From the NCBI RefSeq assembly GCF_902459465.1, contig NC_047062.1, positions 27,838,001 through 27,902,000 on the forward strand: a DNA stretch of 64,000 nucleotides, in the 5' to 3' direction. Below the pieces are notes generated by a model, which saw only the letters and a program-made list of their open reading frames with translations, made no database searches and was not told the DNA's origin. Positions 12,446 through 23,290 of this stretch are shown piece by piece. Within the stretch, counting starts at the first letter, position 1; each line of letters begins with the position of its first letter. Origin of the DNA: Asterias rubens. Taxonomy: Eukaryota. Both the position numbers and the translations under genes were made by a program.

Positions 12446-12894
12446 CAGGTCAAGATCCTCTTGGACTGATCTTGTTATAAAACATAGGCGTCCGGATGTG
12501 GTAGTCTTAGAAAAGGCAAAGAAGATGTGTCATCTTATAGACATAGCTGTGCCGGGATATTTAAGGGTAGCTTTGAAGGAGATGGACAAGATCCAAAAGT
12601 ACCAAGACCTGGTCAGGGAACTTCGTAAGATTTGGCAGGTGAAAGTGAAAGTAGTACCCATGGTAGTTGGAGCACTCGGCATTATTCCGAAAACACTGGG
12701 GAAACATCTGGCAGAACAGGAACGGATGTGAGGATAGATTTGTTGCAGTAGGCGGCGCTTTTGGGAACAGCTAGGATCCTGAGAAAGACCCTCGAGATCT
12801 AAAGCTTTAAGCTGAGCCCGATTCGAGGAGTTACCAGCACAAATGAAAATATGATCTTTCTTTTGCATGCTGTGATGAGATGAAATAATAATAT

Positions 12895-13045
12895 TAATAG
12901 TAATAGCAGCTTCTTATTAAGTGCGCATATCTCCACACAGTGACGCTCTTGGTAAGGTAAGAAAGTTGCGTAAGTTGTTTTTAAGTGATTTTGTGCTTGT
13001 AAGAATGAGTAATTCTAGGAAGTTAGACAGGAAATGGAGGGACCT
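12895..13045 (-). mobile_element. 3' end of an old L2-like LINE
   Basis: Minus strand reads AGPSI..NFLELLILTSTKSLKNNLRNFL, then GAGCGTC..GATATGCGCACTTAATAAG and an (ATT)n-like tail. Confidence 0.5.
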
Positions 13046-13580
13046 GCAGTCTTGCTATCCTGCCCGAGTCCTCTGGGGACTGCACCGGTGACACTATGTT
13101 GCCTCAGCCGGCAGCAGACTTCTGGTCAGCTCCCCTAGCCACTGTGGGTCGCTGAAGCTGATTGACCTGCTGCAATTGAGGGACCCCACAGGCCCTTTGT
13201 CTCCTGCTAGTGTTCATGAGTTAAGGCAACCTTGCCCTAGCAAGGTAAAGAAAGGTCTGTTACAGGGGCTATAAAGTTAGCTTGGGTGACTATAGTACTA
13301 CTAGTGTCAAAGTGACAACTATTGATAGCTATGTTGAGCCCCGACTACCAGGTTAATTCTAGGGAGTCAAGTAGGACAGGTTGTGTCAGAAATAAATGGA
13401 CCTTCATCCCTCCAGGACAGCCTGAGTCCTCTGGAGACTGCAACCTGTGACACTACTTCGCCGCGATAGCAGCCCTCCGATCAGCTCTCCCAGCCACTGC
13501 TGGCTGATGGAGGCTACAAACACACTGCTGAGTGAGGGACCCTACAGTCCCATTGTCTCCTGCTAGCATTCATTAGTCGA
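13040..13580. repeat. Two diverged ~180-bp direct repeats of unknown origin (13040-13220, 13398-13580)
   Basis: Shared blocks GAGTCCTCTGG(G/A)GACTGCA, GTGACACTA, CAGCT..CC.AGCCACTG, GAGGGACC..CAG.CCC.TTGTCTCCTGCTAG. Confidence 0.65.
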
Positions 13581-13699
13581 CCCAATCGAAAAGGAAACGC
13601 TCGACAAGACAAAGCAAATGGGCTGAATTCATAAAAAATAGCAATTGCTTTGTCTAGGCTTTTGCTTACATCTTCTATACTTTAACGATGCTTAAATCG

Positions 13700-14700
13700 C
13701 ATGGGCGCCGCCATGTTTTTTTCACGTCAAGTGGTGCCTGTACCCTACTGAAATGATGCATCCTGGGGTCAATTTCGGGTACCCGTGGTTTGGAGGTTTG
13801 TGTTGTGTGTGACATCACAGTCAAAGCCTTTTTGGCAATCCTTGGGTTGTCAGGGGGTCTGTGTTATTTCATCCCTGTCAGGCGCCCTTTGTGATGTCAC
13901 AGTCATAGCGCGAGCGTCCAGTAGTTTCGCACGTTCAGTGGAAGCAAAGAACAATGCAGGGGATCACCACTGGGATCGGAAATAACGGAGGCACGACAGA
14001 GCTGAAGGTGGGGGTTATTAGAGGACGTGGGACAGGGAGACGGAAGGGGCACAGTGTGGTACGTCTGTGGGAAGGGGAAAGAACCTCTAGCAGGAAAACA
14101 TAAGTTATGGGCCGGCAAACAGTCCATGCAAAAAACAATCAACGCACGCGATCACCGGGACAAAGGCGCGAGTTAGATGTGGGACTGGAGAGGAGGGAGG
14201 GGCACACAGTGGTACGCCTGTGGAACGGGGGACGGGGGAACAGCAAAAAAAAAGATGGGTAAAAATCAGGGCTGGGGTGTAGGGAAAGGAAAAAATAAAA
14301 AGGGACTATGATGATATGGGATATGGGACAGAAAAATATTAAACTGAACTGGGGGGAACAAACCGTTAAACGGAGAAAGAACCGCCTCAAGCGGGACCTG
14401 CACAAAATTGGAGAACATTACAACGGGTATTAACGAGACTGGGAAAGAACCAGTCGCGGGACCTGCACAAAACTTGAGTTATGGGCAACAGTTGCAAGCA
14501 AAGAACAATGCCAACGCACAGGATCGCGGGGATGGGTCGGTACGGATGCACAGGTTAGATAATGGAACGGGAAAGGGAAAGAGCACAAGGTGGGACAGGG
14601 TAGGGGGGAGGCCAGCAAAAAAATTATCGGGGCCGGGAATATCATACGGGAAAGGGGAAAAAAAAACTTAAACTGAACTGACTCATTTTTTCAGTCCAAG
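13700..14700. repeat. Unclassified interspersed repeat, purine-rich on +; second copy 57215-57760
   Basis: Shared ATGGGCGC.GCC.TGTTT, CAAGTGGTGCC, GATGCATCCTGGGGTCA, TGTGATGTCACAGT, GCAAAGAACAA, GTACGTCTGTGGGA and AAACTGAAC. Confidence 0.7.
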
Positions 14701-14761
14701 TGTTGATTTAGCTGATTTTAGCGCCAGTGATTTGAACTAGTCCCACTTTAGAGATGTACTT

Positions 14762-15916
14762 CCACTCAGTGGTCATTGGGTTTCCAGCTCACCATCAAAG
14801 TTGGGGGCAAACCTCTGTCGATGTTCTATGTGACTCAGCTTATTGACGTTAAGAGATGGCCTGACAACCCTGGGCTTCATATGGTGCATTGGGATTATGT
14901 GCAGTGCGAGGGAAGATCTTACTAGACGGTGCACGGCTCCACGCATGGTCCTTGTGATCTTCACATCACCAGTTTCCCTCGTGCGTAAGAAAACAAAGAT
15001 GCCATTGTTTAGATCTTGGATGCATCCAGGTTGTCTTATATTTGTCAGCAAGCCTGAAGAACCGTTTGATAATCGAAAGGTCGTTTTCTGCACACATGGT
15101 CAATAGTAGAAGGCCATTTTCATTCATTTCCCCAATGCCATGTTGCCCAAGGATCCCTTTCCAATTTCTGTAGTCGCTGCCAACTCTGTTGTTGAAATCG
15201 CCAAGACGGAGAAATTTGTCACCAGGTGGCGTTGTTTTAATTATACAGCCAAGGTCCCTGTAGAAACCTTCTTTTATTTCAACGCTACTAGCCAGAGTGA
15301 GTGCGTATGCACTGATGATTTTTACATGACGAGATGTGTTGAGGGGGGGATGCGGAGTTTAATGAGTTGCTCACTGATGCCCAATGGAAGGTCTGGAAGT
15401 TGGTGTAGGTGGGTGGTTTTGATGGCTAACCCCACTCCATGAATTCTGGCTTCATTTTCACCCTTGCCTTTCCAGAATAAAGTGTATCCTCCTTTCAGCT
15501 CATTGAGCCTTCCTCTGCAAGCCGTGTCTCGCTAAAGGGCAGCTACGTCAATATTGTAGCACCCCAGCTCTCTTGCAGCGAGCGCTGTCCTCCTCTCTGG
15601 CCTTGTAGTGTTTTCTCTATCCATGAGTGTTCGGACATTCCATGCTCCAAAATTCCGTGTTCCAATCATTTTATTTGTCTGTGTGTTTCGTCCGCTATCA
15701 GATAGGACAAGCAATGTTTGAGACACCTGTTCGCTTAATCCATGGATTATGCGATCTGGTTTTAAGACGCCAGAAACCCGCCTGCACACCTCTGCCCACA
15801 GTTCGCAACGGGGATTGTCACGTGAAGCCAGGCAGTAGGAGTTTGACTAGGAGAGGCTGTTTCAGACGCAGACCATATAGGACATTTCATGGGTGGGAAG
15901 TGGCTCAATACTCCCC
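14762..15916 (-). mobile_element. 5' portion of an RTE-clade LINE (5' UTR + degenerate APE domain)
   Basis: Minus strand reads GAWNVRTLMDRE..RPERRTALAARELGCYNIDVAAL, GYTLFWKG, HGVGFAIK, LGDFNNRVG, NENGLLLL and TTWMHPRSKQWH. Confidence 0.9.
15792..15916 (-). ncRNA. Candidate HDV-like self-cleaving ribozyme in the RTE 5' UTR (degenerate)
   Basis: P1 GGGGAGT/AATCCCC, long J1/2, P2 CCTACTG/CTGTGGG, P3 GGC/GAC, L3 TTCACGT, then GT and J4/2 CGAA. There are several mismatches and P4 is nearly absent. Confidence 0.45.
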
Positions 15917-15969
15917 ACAATCTCCGGTCATTCCTAGCCCTTTGACCCCCCTGTTTTGCATGCCCAAAA

Positions 15970-16272
15970 TGCCCTTTCTTGAGAAAGCTATGGAAAGGGT
16001 TATTAAAGAAGTAATAAAGAAGAGCAGGGTGATAAATGAGGACCCAAGAAAGAAATCAAGAGTGCAGGATATTATTAAATCCATTACATCAAAGAATTGG
16101 AGATGAGCAGGTCACCAAGCAAGAAGGCATGACAACACAGGTGGGCATGCAAAACAACCAACTGGAATTGCATGGACACAGACAGCCCAGGATAGAGTGA
16201 AATGGAGAATTGGTGAAGAGGCTTTCCTCCTGCAGTGGAGTGATATGGGCTAGATAGAAGAAGAAGAAGAAT
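15970..16272 (+). mobile_element. 3' fragment of an RTE-clade LINE with (GAA)n tail
   Basis: Reads ..KNWR*AGHQARR..W..TAQDRVKWR..EEAFLLQW, followed by AGAAGAAGAAGAA. Confidence 0.75.
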
Positions 16273-18751
16273 TGCTTGTGCATGCACAGAAATGCATTGT
16301 AGGTTTTGAAGGTGAGAATTTTCTAAAATAGAATAGAAAATCCCTGTGGATTTGTAGAGAATGTGGCGAATATCACCGCGCATCCAAACAAGCATTTACA
16401 CAACGCGGCCCAACGAGCCGTACTTTTAAGTGCGTGCTGTCTACTTGCAAAAAGGTGGGCAAGATATGGGGATTTTACGTGGTGAGTACCGCCTCGGTAC
16501 GGATTTTGGAGCACGCAGGACGCCGTAGCACTTTTAGTGCATGAGGAACTTTCGCTGCGTTCGGGCTACGAGTTCACCCCCAGTACGGGTGACGCGCGTG
16601 CCCTCTACAGCCAATGAGCGCACCACGCACTGACGGCGTGAGTCTTAAATTTGGCCAACGATCACTTGCTCCACTGACGGCGCACTAAGCACGTGCGTGC
16701 TGTGCGTGGTCTGTGCTTACTCGGCACTTCCCCAGTTCAGCTGTCCAATGAGCACGCATAACTCACTTGAACCGTACCGAGTAAGCAAGTGCTCCACACT
16801 TACAACACACGTTGTGCGCACTGATATCCGCAGTATACAAAACCGATGGACGAGTGCCATCATTTTGTCTCCAAGATGTCGAAGAAGACACAGAAGAAGG
16901 GGTCGCTGCATCTACAGCACAAAAGGCAGTGGATACGGCCAGAGAGGCCCAACAGAAACGGGCCGCGGAAGATGAGAGGGCCAGAGAGGAAGAGGAGAGG
17001 AAGAGCGAAGAAGAGTCAGATGGTGACGCCAGAGAGTCTGATCATGAGAAGGGTGCTGCTGGTGGATCGGAGAGTGGGTCACAATAAGAACAAAAACAAA
17101 ACCATTTTATTATTTGTTTGACACAATAAACTTCACACATGAATACATAAAATTAAATAATGAATTCATGGAATGTCCCCAGAGTTCATAAAATTAAATC
17201 ATGAGTACCATGAGTTCATGTGCTCAAACTCGCTGCTCTTGCCACTCCCCACGTTTTCAGAAAAACGTGGCGGCCGTGGCCTCCCCAAAAAACGTACTGA
17301 CTAAAAACACGCACGGTGGGTTGTGACCGAGGCCTAAATTTGTGATGGGAGGCGAGCACAAAGTTCTTAGGGTTTTGTAGTAACCGGAAGCTGAGGTCAA
17401 TTTAACTTTTGGGGTTTTCTTCAAGATATTTTAAAAATTAATTTACATTAATATTTGTTATCACTAAGTATTACATTCCTTACAACATCTGTAATTTTCA
17501 TGGCCATAAGCTACGTTAAACTGAAATACTTGATGAAAAACAATCTCTCCTGTGTAAAATTCCATATGGTTGTAACCACAATGATCATTATTGTTTTTTA
17601 ATTGTTGACTGAAAAATGCAATGAAAACTGGCATGGGTTTTAGGATAGAGGGCGCACTACTAACCCGGAATAGAATCAATCTATCCGGAACTTGTCAAAT
17701 GGCTGGCGTTACATTTCCCATTGTTTCTTCAAAACCATTTGCCAATGGATACTTCATGAGTTTCATGACATGTTTAGTTAAACTGTTGGACTCTATTTTG
17801 TGTAAGTCAAGAGATTGCAATAAAAACAATGTGAATTCAAAAAGTGATCCAGAACTTCTTATCGCATATCATCTAGGCAGCCATTTTTCAAAATGGCGAT
17901 ATTTCACATCATAAACAAAAATCGTGAAAATCACAAATTAACATAAAACTTACTAGGTCTAATGATGATGATAAAAGAAAACATCCCATGAAATATTATT
18001 GTCTGAAATGTCATATTTGTTGAGAAATAAATAATCTTATTTCGTGTTTGGAGTTTATCGCTCAGTGAGCATTTTATTCATTTTTCTTTTTGCATCGATG
18101 TCGTGCAAAAATGTAAATCGTTTTCTCGAGACCCAGATGGCCGATCGATCTCAAACTTCTACAGGTTTGTCAGTTTACATATTTGGTGGGTTACATAAAG
18201 TGCTTACACTGCTAGCATCTGTTTTGTCAGCAAAACCAATTCTGTAATGTTCCTTTAAGGATGTATGAGGTATAAAAATCCACATTTCGGTGTCTTTACT
18301 TGTTCATGTGTATAAGTTTGCAGGTTTTATATAGAGCTCAAAAAAGTAAGTATCAAATTTTAAGGTCTCCCATTTCAGTTAGCTTGCCCAGGTTGACTAG
18401 ATTTTGCTCATCTGGGTGAGCTCTAGACAAGAGCCAACTTCCTATAGCATTTATACCTGTACATCTTGGACAACTGACTGAAAATATTTTCATTGTGTGT
18501 ATCACTTCCAGTAGAGTTTGCTTGTCAACATGGAGGCATCTAATATTTCTGGTTTCTGTGATGTCTTGCGAAAACTATAATAAGGCTTGTGCATCTCCAA
18601 CCCTATCATCCAGCTTGCACACACAAAATGCACATTAAATGTGCTAATTGCTGTAACTGGTAACTTTTATATGTTGGTTATTTGTCAGACTTTTTTGGTG
18701 AACAGATACAGTTGGATCGGTCATTGCATTGGTCTATTGTGACATACTATT

Positions 18752-19143
18752 TAGGGAATAACAGTGCAGGGACCTGGTCTTCATTGCCTGGTAATGTCCG
18801 GGTTGATGGCTGGTCGCTGTTAACAGGATTGGAAGATAGCTGTTTTTTGTTGTGCGTAAAAATGTGCGCGTGAGCTCAGCGTCCCTGTAGCGTGTTGCGT
18901 TATGCAAGGGGTCTATTGATACATTTTCAGCGCGAACGTGTATGTGCGTGAAGTACCAATGAAACTAAGATGAATAATCATACAGCGCAAAGCGCAGACA
19001 CTAGTTGTACAACGTCAGCTGGTTTAGGGGCCATTTATTCGCTAGTTTCCAGAGCAGGTCTTTTATCACTCGTTAAATACATCCCCACCTGATCAGGTTT
19101 TGACCAATCAGAGTCTGTAAACTGTCTAAGGTATTTATTAATT
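18752..19143. mobile_element. Internally deleted copy of the palindrome+arm element at 43567-44243 (Crypton-like)
   Basis: Starts TAGGGAATAACAGTGC..GTCTTCA..GCTGTTAACAGGA and ends TTTTGACCAATCAGAG..AAGGTATTTATTAA, as at 43567-44243. Confidence 0.6.
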
Positions 19144-19192
19144 ATTAATTATATGGTTGCTAACATGATAAAGTTAATGTAATTTATTTCAG

Positions 19193-19378
19193 ATATGTAT
19201 ATTGGTGTTCTATTAGCATGCCCATCACTGGCTGTAGCTGAAGTCTTAATTGAGCCAAGAGGTCTATACCAGAAATCAGCTTTATCAGTTGGGACAGTTG
19301 TGAATCAAATACTACACACTGAGAACCATGAAATTGGGGTTCAGCTTCTACACAAATTACAACAAATGATCAAATCAG
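19193..19378 (+). CDS. CLHC1: CLHC1 orthologue, internal coding exon
   Basis: tttcAG / GTGAGT boundaries. Translates (D)MYIGVLLACPSLAVAEVLIEPRGLYQKSALSVGTVVNQILHTENHEIGVQLLHKLQQMIKS. Phase 1/1, consistent with its neighbours. Confidence 0.85.
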
Positions 19379-19821
19379 GTGAGTTCTAATAAAGTTGTTT
19401 CCCATCAACAACCATTTTTAAGGGTTTATGATTTGAGGATCAGTTGTGTTGTATAGAACTTCATTTACAGACAAATTTAAATGTTTGTGATTTTCGATCA
19501 ATGACGCCATCGCAAATTGGAAACAAAATATGCGGCGAGAGTGATGTGTTTAGAAAGGAAATGACTCGCCCGTTGCTTAAAAAGTGGCCAATTGCTTTTT
19601 TGCTTTCAAAGGACCGCCCGTGAACGATTTGGTTTGTTGAACGTGTCACCCATTTAATAAGTTATAAACCACAAGGGAAACTGACGGTGTTTTTGTAATG
19701 AAAAATCCTACTGGAGTATTTCCTTTGAGATGCTGCGTCACCAGCAGGGTCATCACAAAGACACTTCTTCCTGTACCGACTGTCTGGCGTATGCGATGGG
19801 TTCACGAACACAAATGTTCCT

Positions 19822-19890
19822 TGGCTGTAGCTGAAGTCTTAATTGATCCAAGAGGTCTATACCAGAAATCAGCTTTATCAGTTGGGACAG
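19822..19890 (+). other. 69-bp intronic duplicate of part of the preceding CLHC1 exon (19229-19297)
   Basis: Identical except one substitution (GAG>GAT). Confidence 0.9.
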
Positions 19891-20073
19891 GTCCTTTGAA
19901 AGAAAAAAAGGCAAATGGCCACTGTTCTGCCGCCTAAGTAAAATTTGATTTTCCGTTGTCTGAATGGAGAAGAGGAGATGGCCACTTTTCGGCCGCCAGA
20001 GTAAATTCTGCTTTTCAGGTGGCAGAAAAGCAGAAAAATAGAAACTTGCATTTACACAAATGTTTTTATCTGC

Positions 20074-21017
20074 TTTTTGGCGAGCTGCAGAGCAGTGCGA
20101 GCCTATGTAATACCAATTTCCGTGCGGCGTCCGTCTGCCTGGCCGTCCGAGTTAAAAAATTTAGAAATGTTAAAGTTTTTGGTTTAAGTTTAAGTCTTTG
20201 AGTTGAGTTGTTTTGGTATCAACAAGCCCAAGCTAAATTATTATATATAATTGCCAGTAATGTTTGGGTAACTTTCAGCTACATGTATGTTTTCAAATAT
20301 TGTTGAAGTTTTTGGAATAATTTTTCGTTAAAGTTTTTAGGATAAACAAAATTTCAGGCTGAAACATTGACATCTGGATAAAAAATTAAAAAATCAAATT
20401 AAAATCTAAAAAGTTTTAAATAATTTGTTTTAACAAAAATCAAACTCTCTGTCACTTGTTCCAGTTAAATAAGCTGAAACAATCAAAAACATCAACGGTC
20501 ACAACTCCTGATTGTAATGATGTACTGACTTGAAACTTAAGTCAAATGTTGCTTCTTCCATGTAGATTAATATGAACCGATAAAACTCAAAGAATTAATC
20601 AATGGTTTCAGTTGAGTGAGCTAAAACAATGAAAACCTTGAATAGGCATAACTCCTTTTTGCAATGATGTACTGACTTGAAACTTAAATCAAATATTGCT
20701 TTGTAGGCCTACATGTAAATTCACTTGAAAAGATTAGACTCAAAGAATGTATCACTTGTTCTAGTTTAATGAGCTAAAACATGATAAATATTGCTTCTTA
20801 AATGTAGATAATATGAAAAATATATAAATATCAAAGAGTTTATCACTGGTTCCAGTTGAATGAGCTAAAACAATGAACACCCTAAATGGTCATTACTTCA
20901 TACTTGTCAATTTCCCCACCCCTGTGACCATCAGTTGATCAAATGATTGGTTTTTCTGTCAGTCATTGGTTCTATCTGGTGATCAGCAGCTCGCCATGGC
21001 AGCTTCGCTGTTCTAGT
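20074..21017 (+). mobile_element. Complete Helentron-associated non-autonomous element (HINE/DINE-1-like)
   Basis: 5' poly-T + subTIR TGGCGAGCTG, GCGTCC-type microsatellite, diverged ~140-bp core repeats (GATGTACTGACTTGAAACTTAA..GAGCTAAAACA), 3' subTIR CAGCTCGCCA, stem-loop CAGC-TTC-GCTG and terminal CTAGTTT. Confidence 0.7.
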
Positions 21018-21261
21018 TTACTATTCTGACAGCAGAAAAGCAAATGCATTTTCTTTAAACGAGGGCAGAAATTTTGGGATACTTTAAAATACTTTTTGAA
21101 AATTGTTTGGATTGACGTGGGCTACTGAAAAACTGTGCTAAGTAGGATTTGAAACTTTGCATGGTGGAAATAAGATATAGAAGAGTTTGCGGTAACACCA
21201 TTTAATAACAATCTCTAAATGAGTTGGGGTGGTTCTGAAAAGAACTGTTGGATCGTTGGAT

Positions 21262-21308
21262 TAACTCGACGTTTCGATCAGTATGCTCTGATCGTCTTCT
21301 GGAGAATG
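21262..21308 (-). ncRNA. Minimal hammerhead-like motif in the PLE pseudo-LTR (core variant CAGAAGA)
   Basis: CTC-CAGAAGA-C-GATCAG-agcata-CTGATC-GAAA-CG-TC-GAG on the minus strand. Confidence 0.5.
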
Positions 21309-23244
21309 CTGGACTCTGTCGCTGCATGCTGCTTAAGTACTGGGCAGCGGATCAGCGGTGATGCACGAAGGCGGGAAATACAGGCGGGAAGTGAACTCGA
21401 TGATGCGTGGTGAAACCTGTTGTGGAGCTTTGGGTGGTGTGTGGGGGGTGTGTGCTCACTGAACCGTGTCAGTAGGAACAAGCACAGGGGATAGTGAGGG
21501 TGTGGGGCCTAGGTGACTGAGGGTATAGATGACCCAAAGCAGTCTAATGGTTGGGGGCCTAGGGGGTGACCGTGGATATAGAAGATCCATTGGTCGGGAG
21601 GAGGGGGAGCCAGATGTCGCTGATGTGGAAGCCGATGTCTTGGGGTACGGTGTCATGCTTGTGGATCTCGATGGCCTCTCTGATGCGTCTAGGGTGCCGT
21701 GCCTGGATTGGAGCGATGATTTCTGCTGCTTCCCAGTTCACTCGGTGGTCAGTGATGTGGGAATGCTTGACGATGGCCGATTAATCGAAGTCCCCCCTCC
21801 TTCCGTGTGCTCGGTGTTCCTTAAGTCTAGTGGGAAGGTTACACCTGGTTTCCCCGACAAAAACCTTACCACATTCGCATGGAATGCGATAGACTCCGGC
21901 ACGGGTGGAGGGGTCCTTCTTGTCCTTGTGCGATTGGAGAGAGCCATGGAGTTTCTTCAGGGCGGAGTGATACACCTTGATTCCTGCTTGCTTGAAGATG
22001 CGTTGGAGGCGATGAGAGGGGGGACCTACATGTAGGTATGGTAAACTAACTGTGGGTGTGTGTGTTTGACCTTGGGTATAGGAGACCCTTTGGTCGGGGG
22101 GGGGACGGGCTTGCTTGTCTTGACTTGCTTGGCGTTGTATCCATTCCGCTGTAGAGAAGTGGTGATGTGCTGCAACTCATGCTGGAGGCTGTCCGGATCA
22201 CAAATGATAAGCCTGTTGAACCAGCGCACGGTTGACTGACGACTTGATAGCTGGATGATGGAAAGACCGCTGATGCAGGTAACGGTCGGTGTGGGTGGGT
22301 TTCCGGTAAATGCTGTGGTGGAGGGTGCCGTCGTGGTTTCTTGTGATGAGAACATCGAGAAAGGGTAACTTTCCGGAATGTTCTTGCTCCATAGTGAACT
22401 TGATACTTGAGTGTTGTTGGTTGAGGAACTGCAGAAATTCATGGAGAGAGTCCTGACCGTGGGGCCACACGACAAAAGTGTTGTCCACATAGCGGAGCCA
22501 CAGGCTGGGTCGGAGGTCAGCGGAGAGGAGTGATGAGGACTCGAACTCTTCCGTGAATATGTCAGCTAGAACCGGGGATATAGGGGATCCCATGGAGGTC
22601 CCAGCTGTCTGCTTGTAGTACTATTGCCCTGGAATTGAAAACAACTGGAGGAAACACATGTGTAAAGCAAATCATGAATTTGGTCAGGTGAAAGACAGTA
22701 CGATCAGGGAGGGATGGGTCATGTGATAATCTCTCCTTGGCCAAGAAGCAAGCTTCATCTGTAAGCACGTTGGTGAAGAGAGATTCCGCATCAAAACTTA
22801 CCAAGATATCAGTGGGTTGTAGGGTTAGGTTGCGGGTAATGTCAACAAACTGGGTGGAATTGGAAACATGGTGTTCTGTGAGACCCACCAGGGGTCGAAG
22901 TACTTTAGCTAGGTACTTGGCAGTGTCGTAGGTGGGGGAACCCCTCGAGGCAACTATGGGGCGGAGGGGAACTTCCGGCTTGTGAATCTTGGGATTGCCG
23001 AAGAACCTGGGACAGGAGGAGCTGGATGGGCGGAGCCTACGATAGAGTGGGACGGAGAGAGCTCCAGACCGGTGGATGGAAAGGAGTTTGCTGGCAACCC
23101 TCTTCTCGATGCTAGGGGTGGGGTCCTTAGGGAGGGGGCGGTATGAACCAGATGATAAAATGTTGCTTACCTTGTCAGTGTACTCCGTGCAGTCCATGAT
23201 GACTGTGGCATTCCCTTTGTCAGCATGGAGCATCAGAGTCCAGC

Positions 23245-23290
23245 ATTCTCCAGAAGACGATCAGAGCATACTGATCGAAACGTCGAGTTA
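23245..23290 (+). ncRNA. Second, identical minimal hammerhead-like motif in the inverted pseudo-LTR
   Basis: CTCCAGAAGACGATCAGAGCATACTGATCGAAACGTCGAG at 23248-23287, sense to the CLHC1 pre-mRNA. Confidence 0.5.

Larger units (their letters stand above)
10393..12890 (+). mobile_element. 5'-truncated R4/Dong-type (restriction-like endonuclease) non-LTR retrotransposon, split by two MITEs
   Basis: After removing the inserts it reads WQNKPLHVRFL|RC..WLKSGELKKETEG..QDQ, a CCHC finger CRMC..ETVFHIVSKC, then ETDQ|VKIL and RLE motif RRPDVVV..IDIAVPG..KYQDL..VVGALG. It ends at (TAA)n. Confidence 0.88.
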
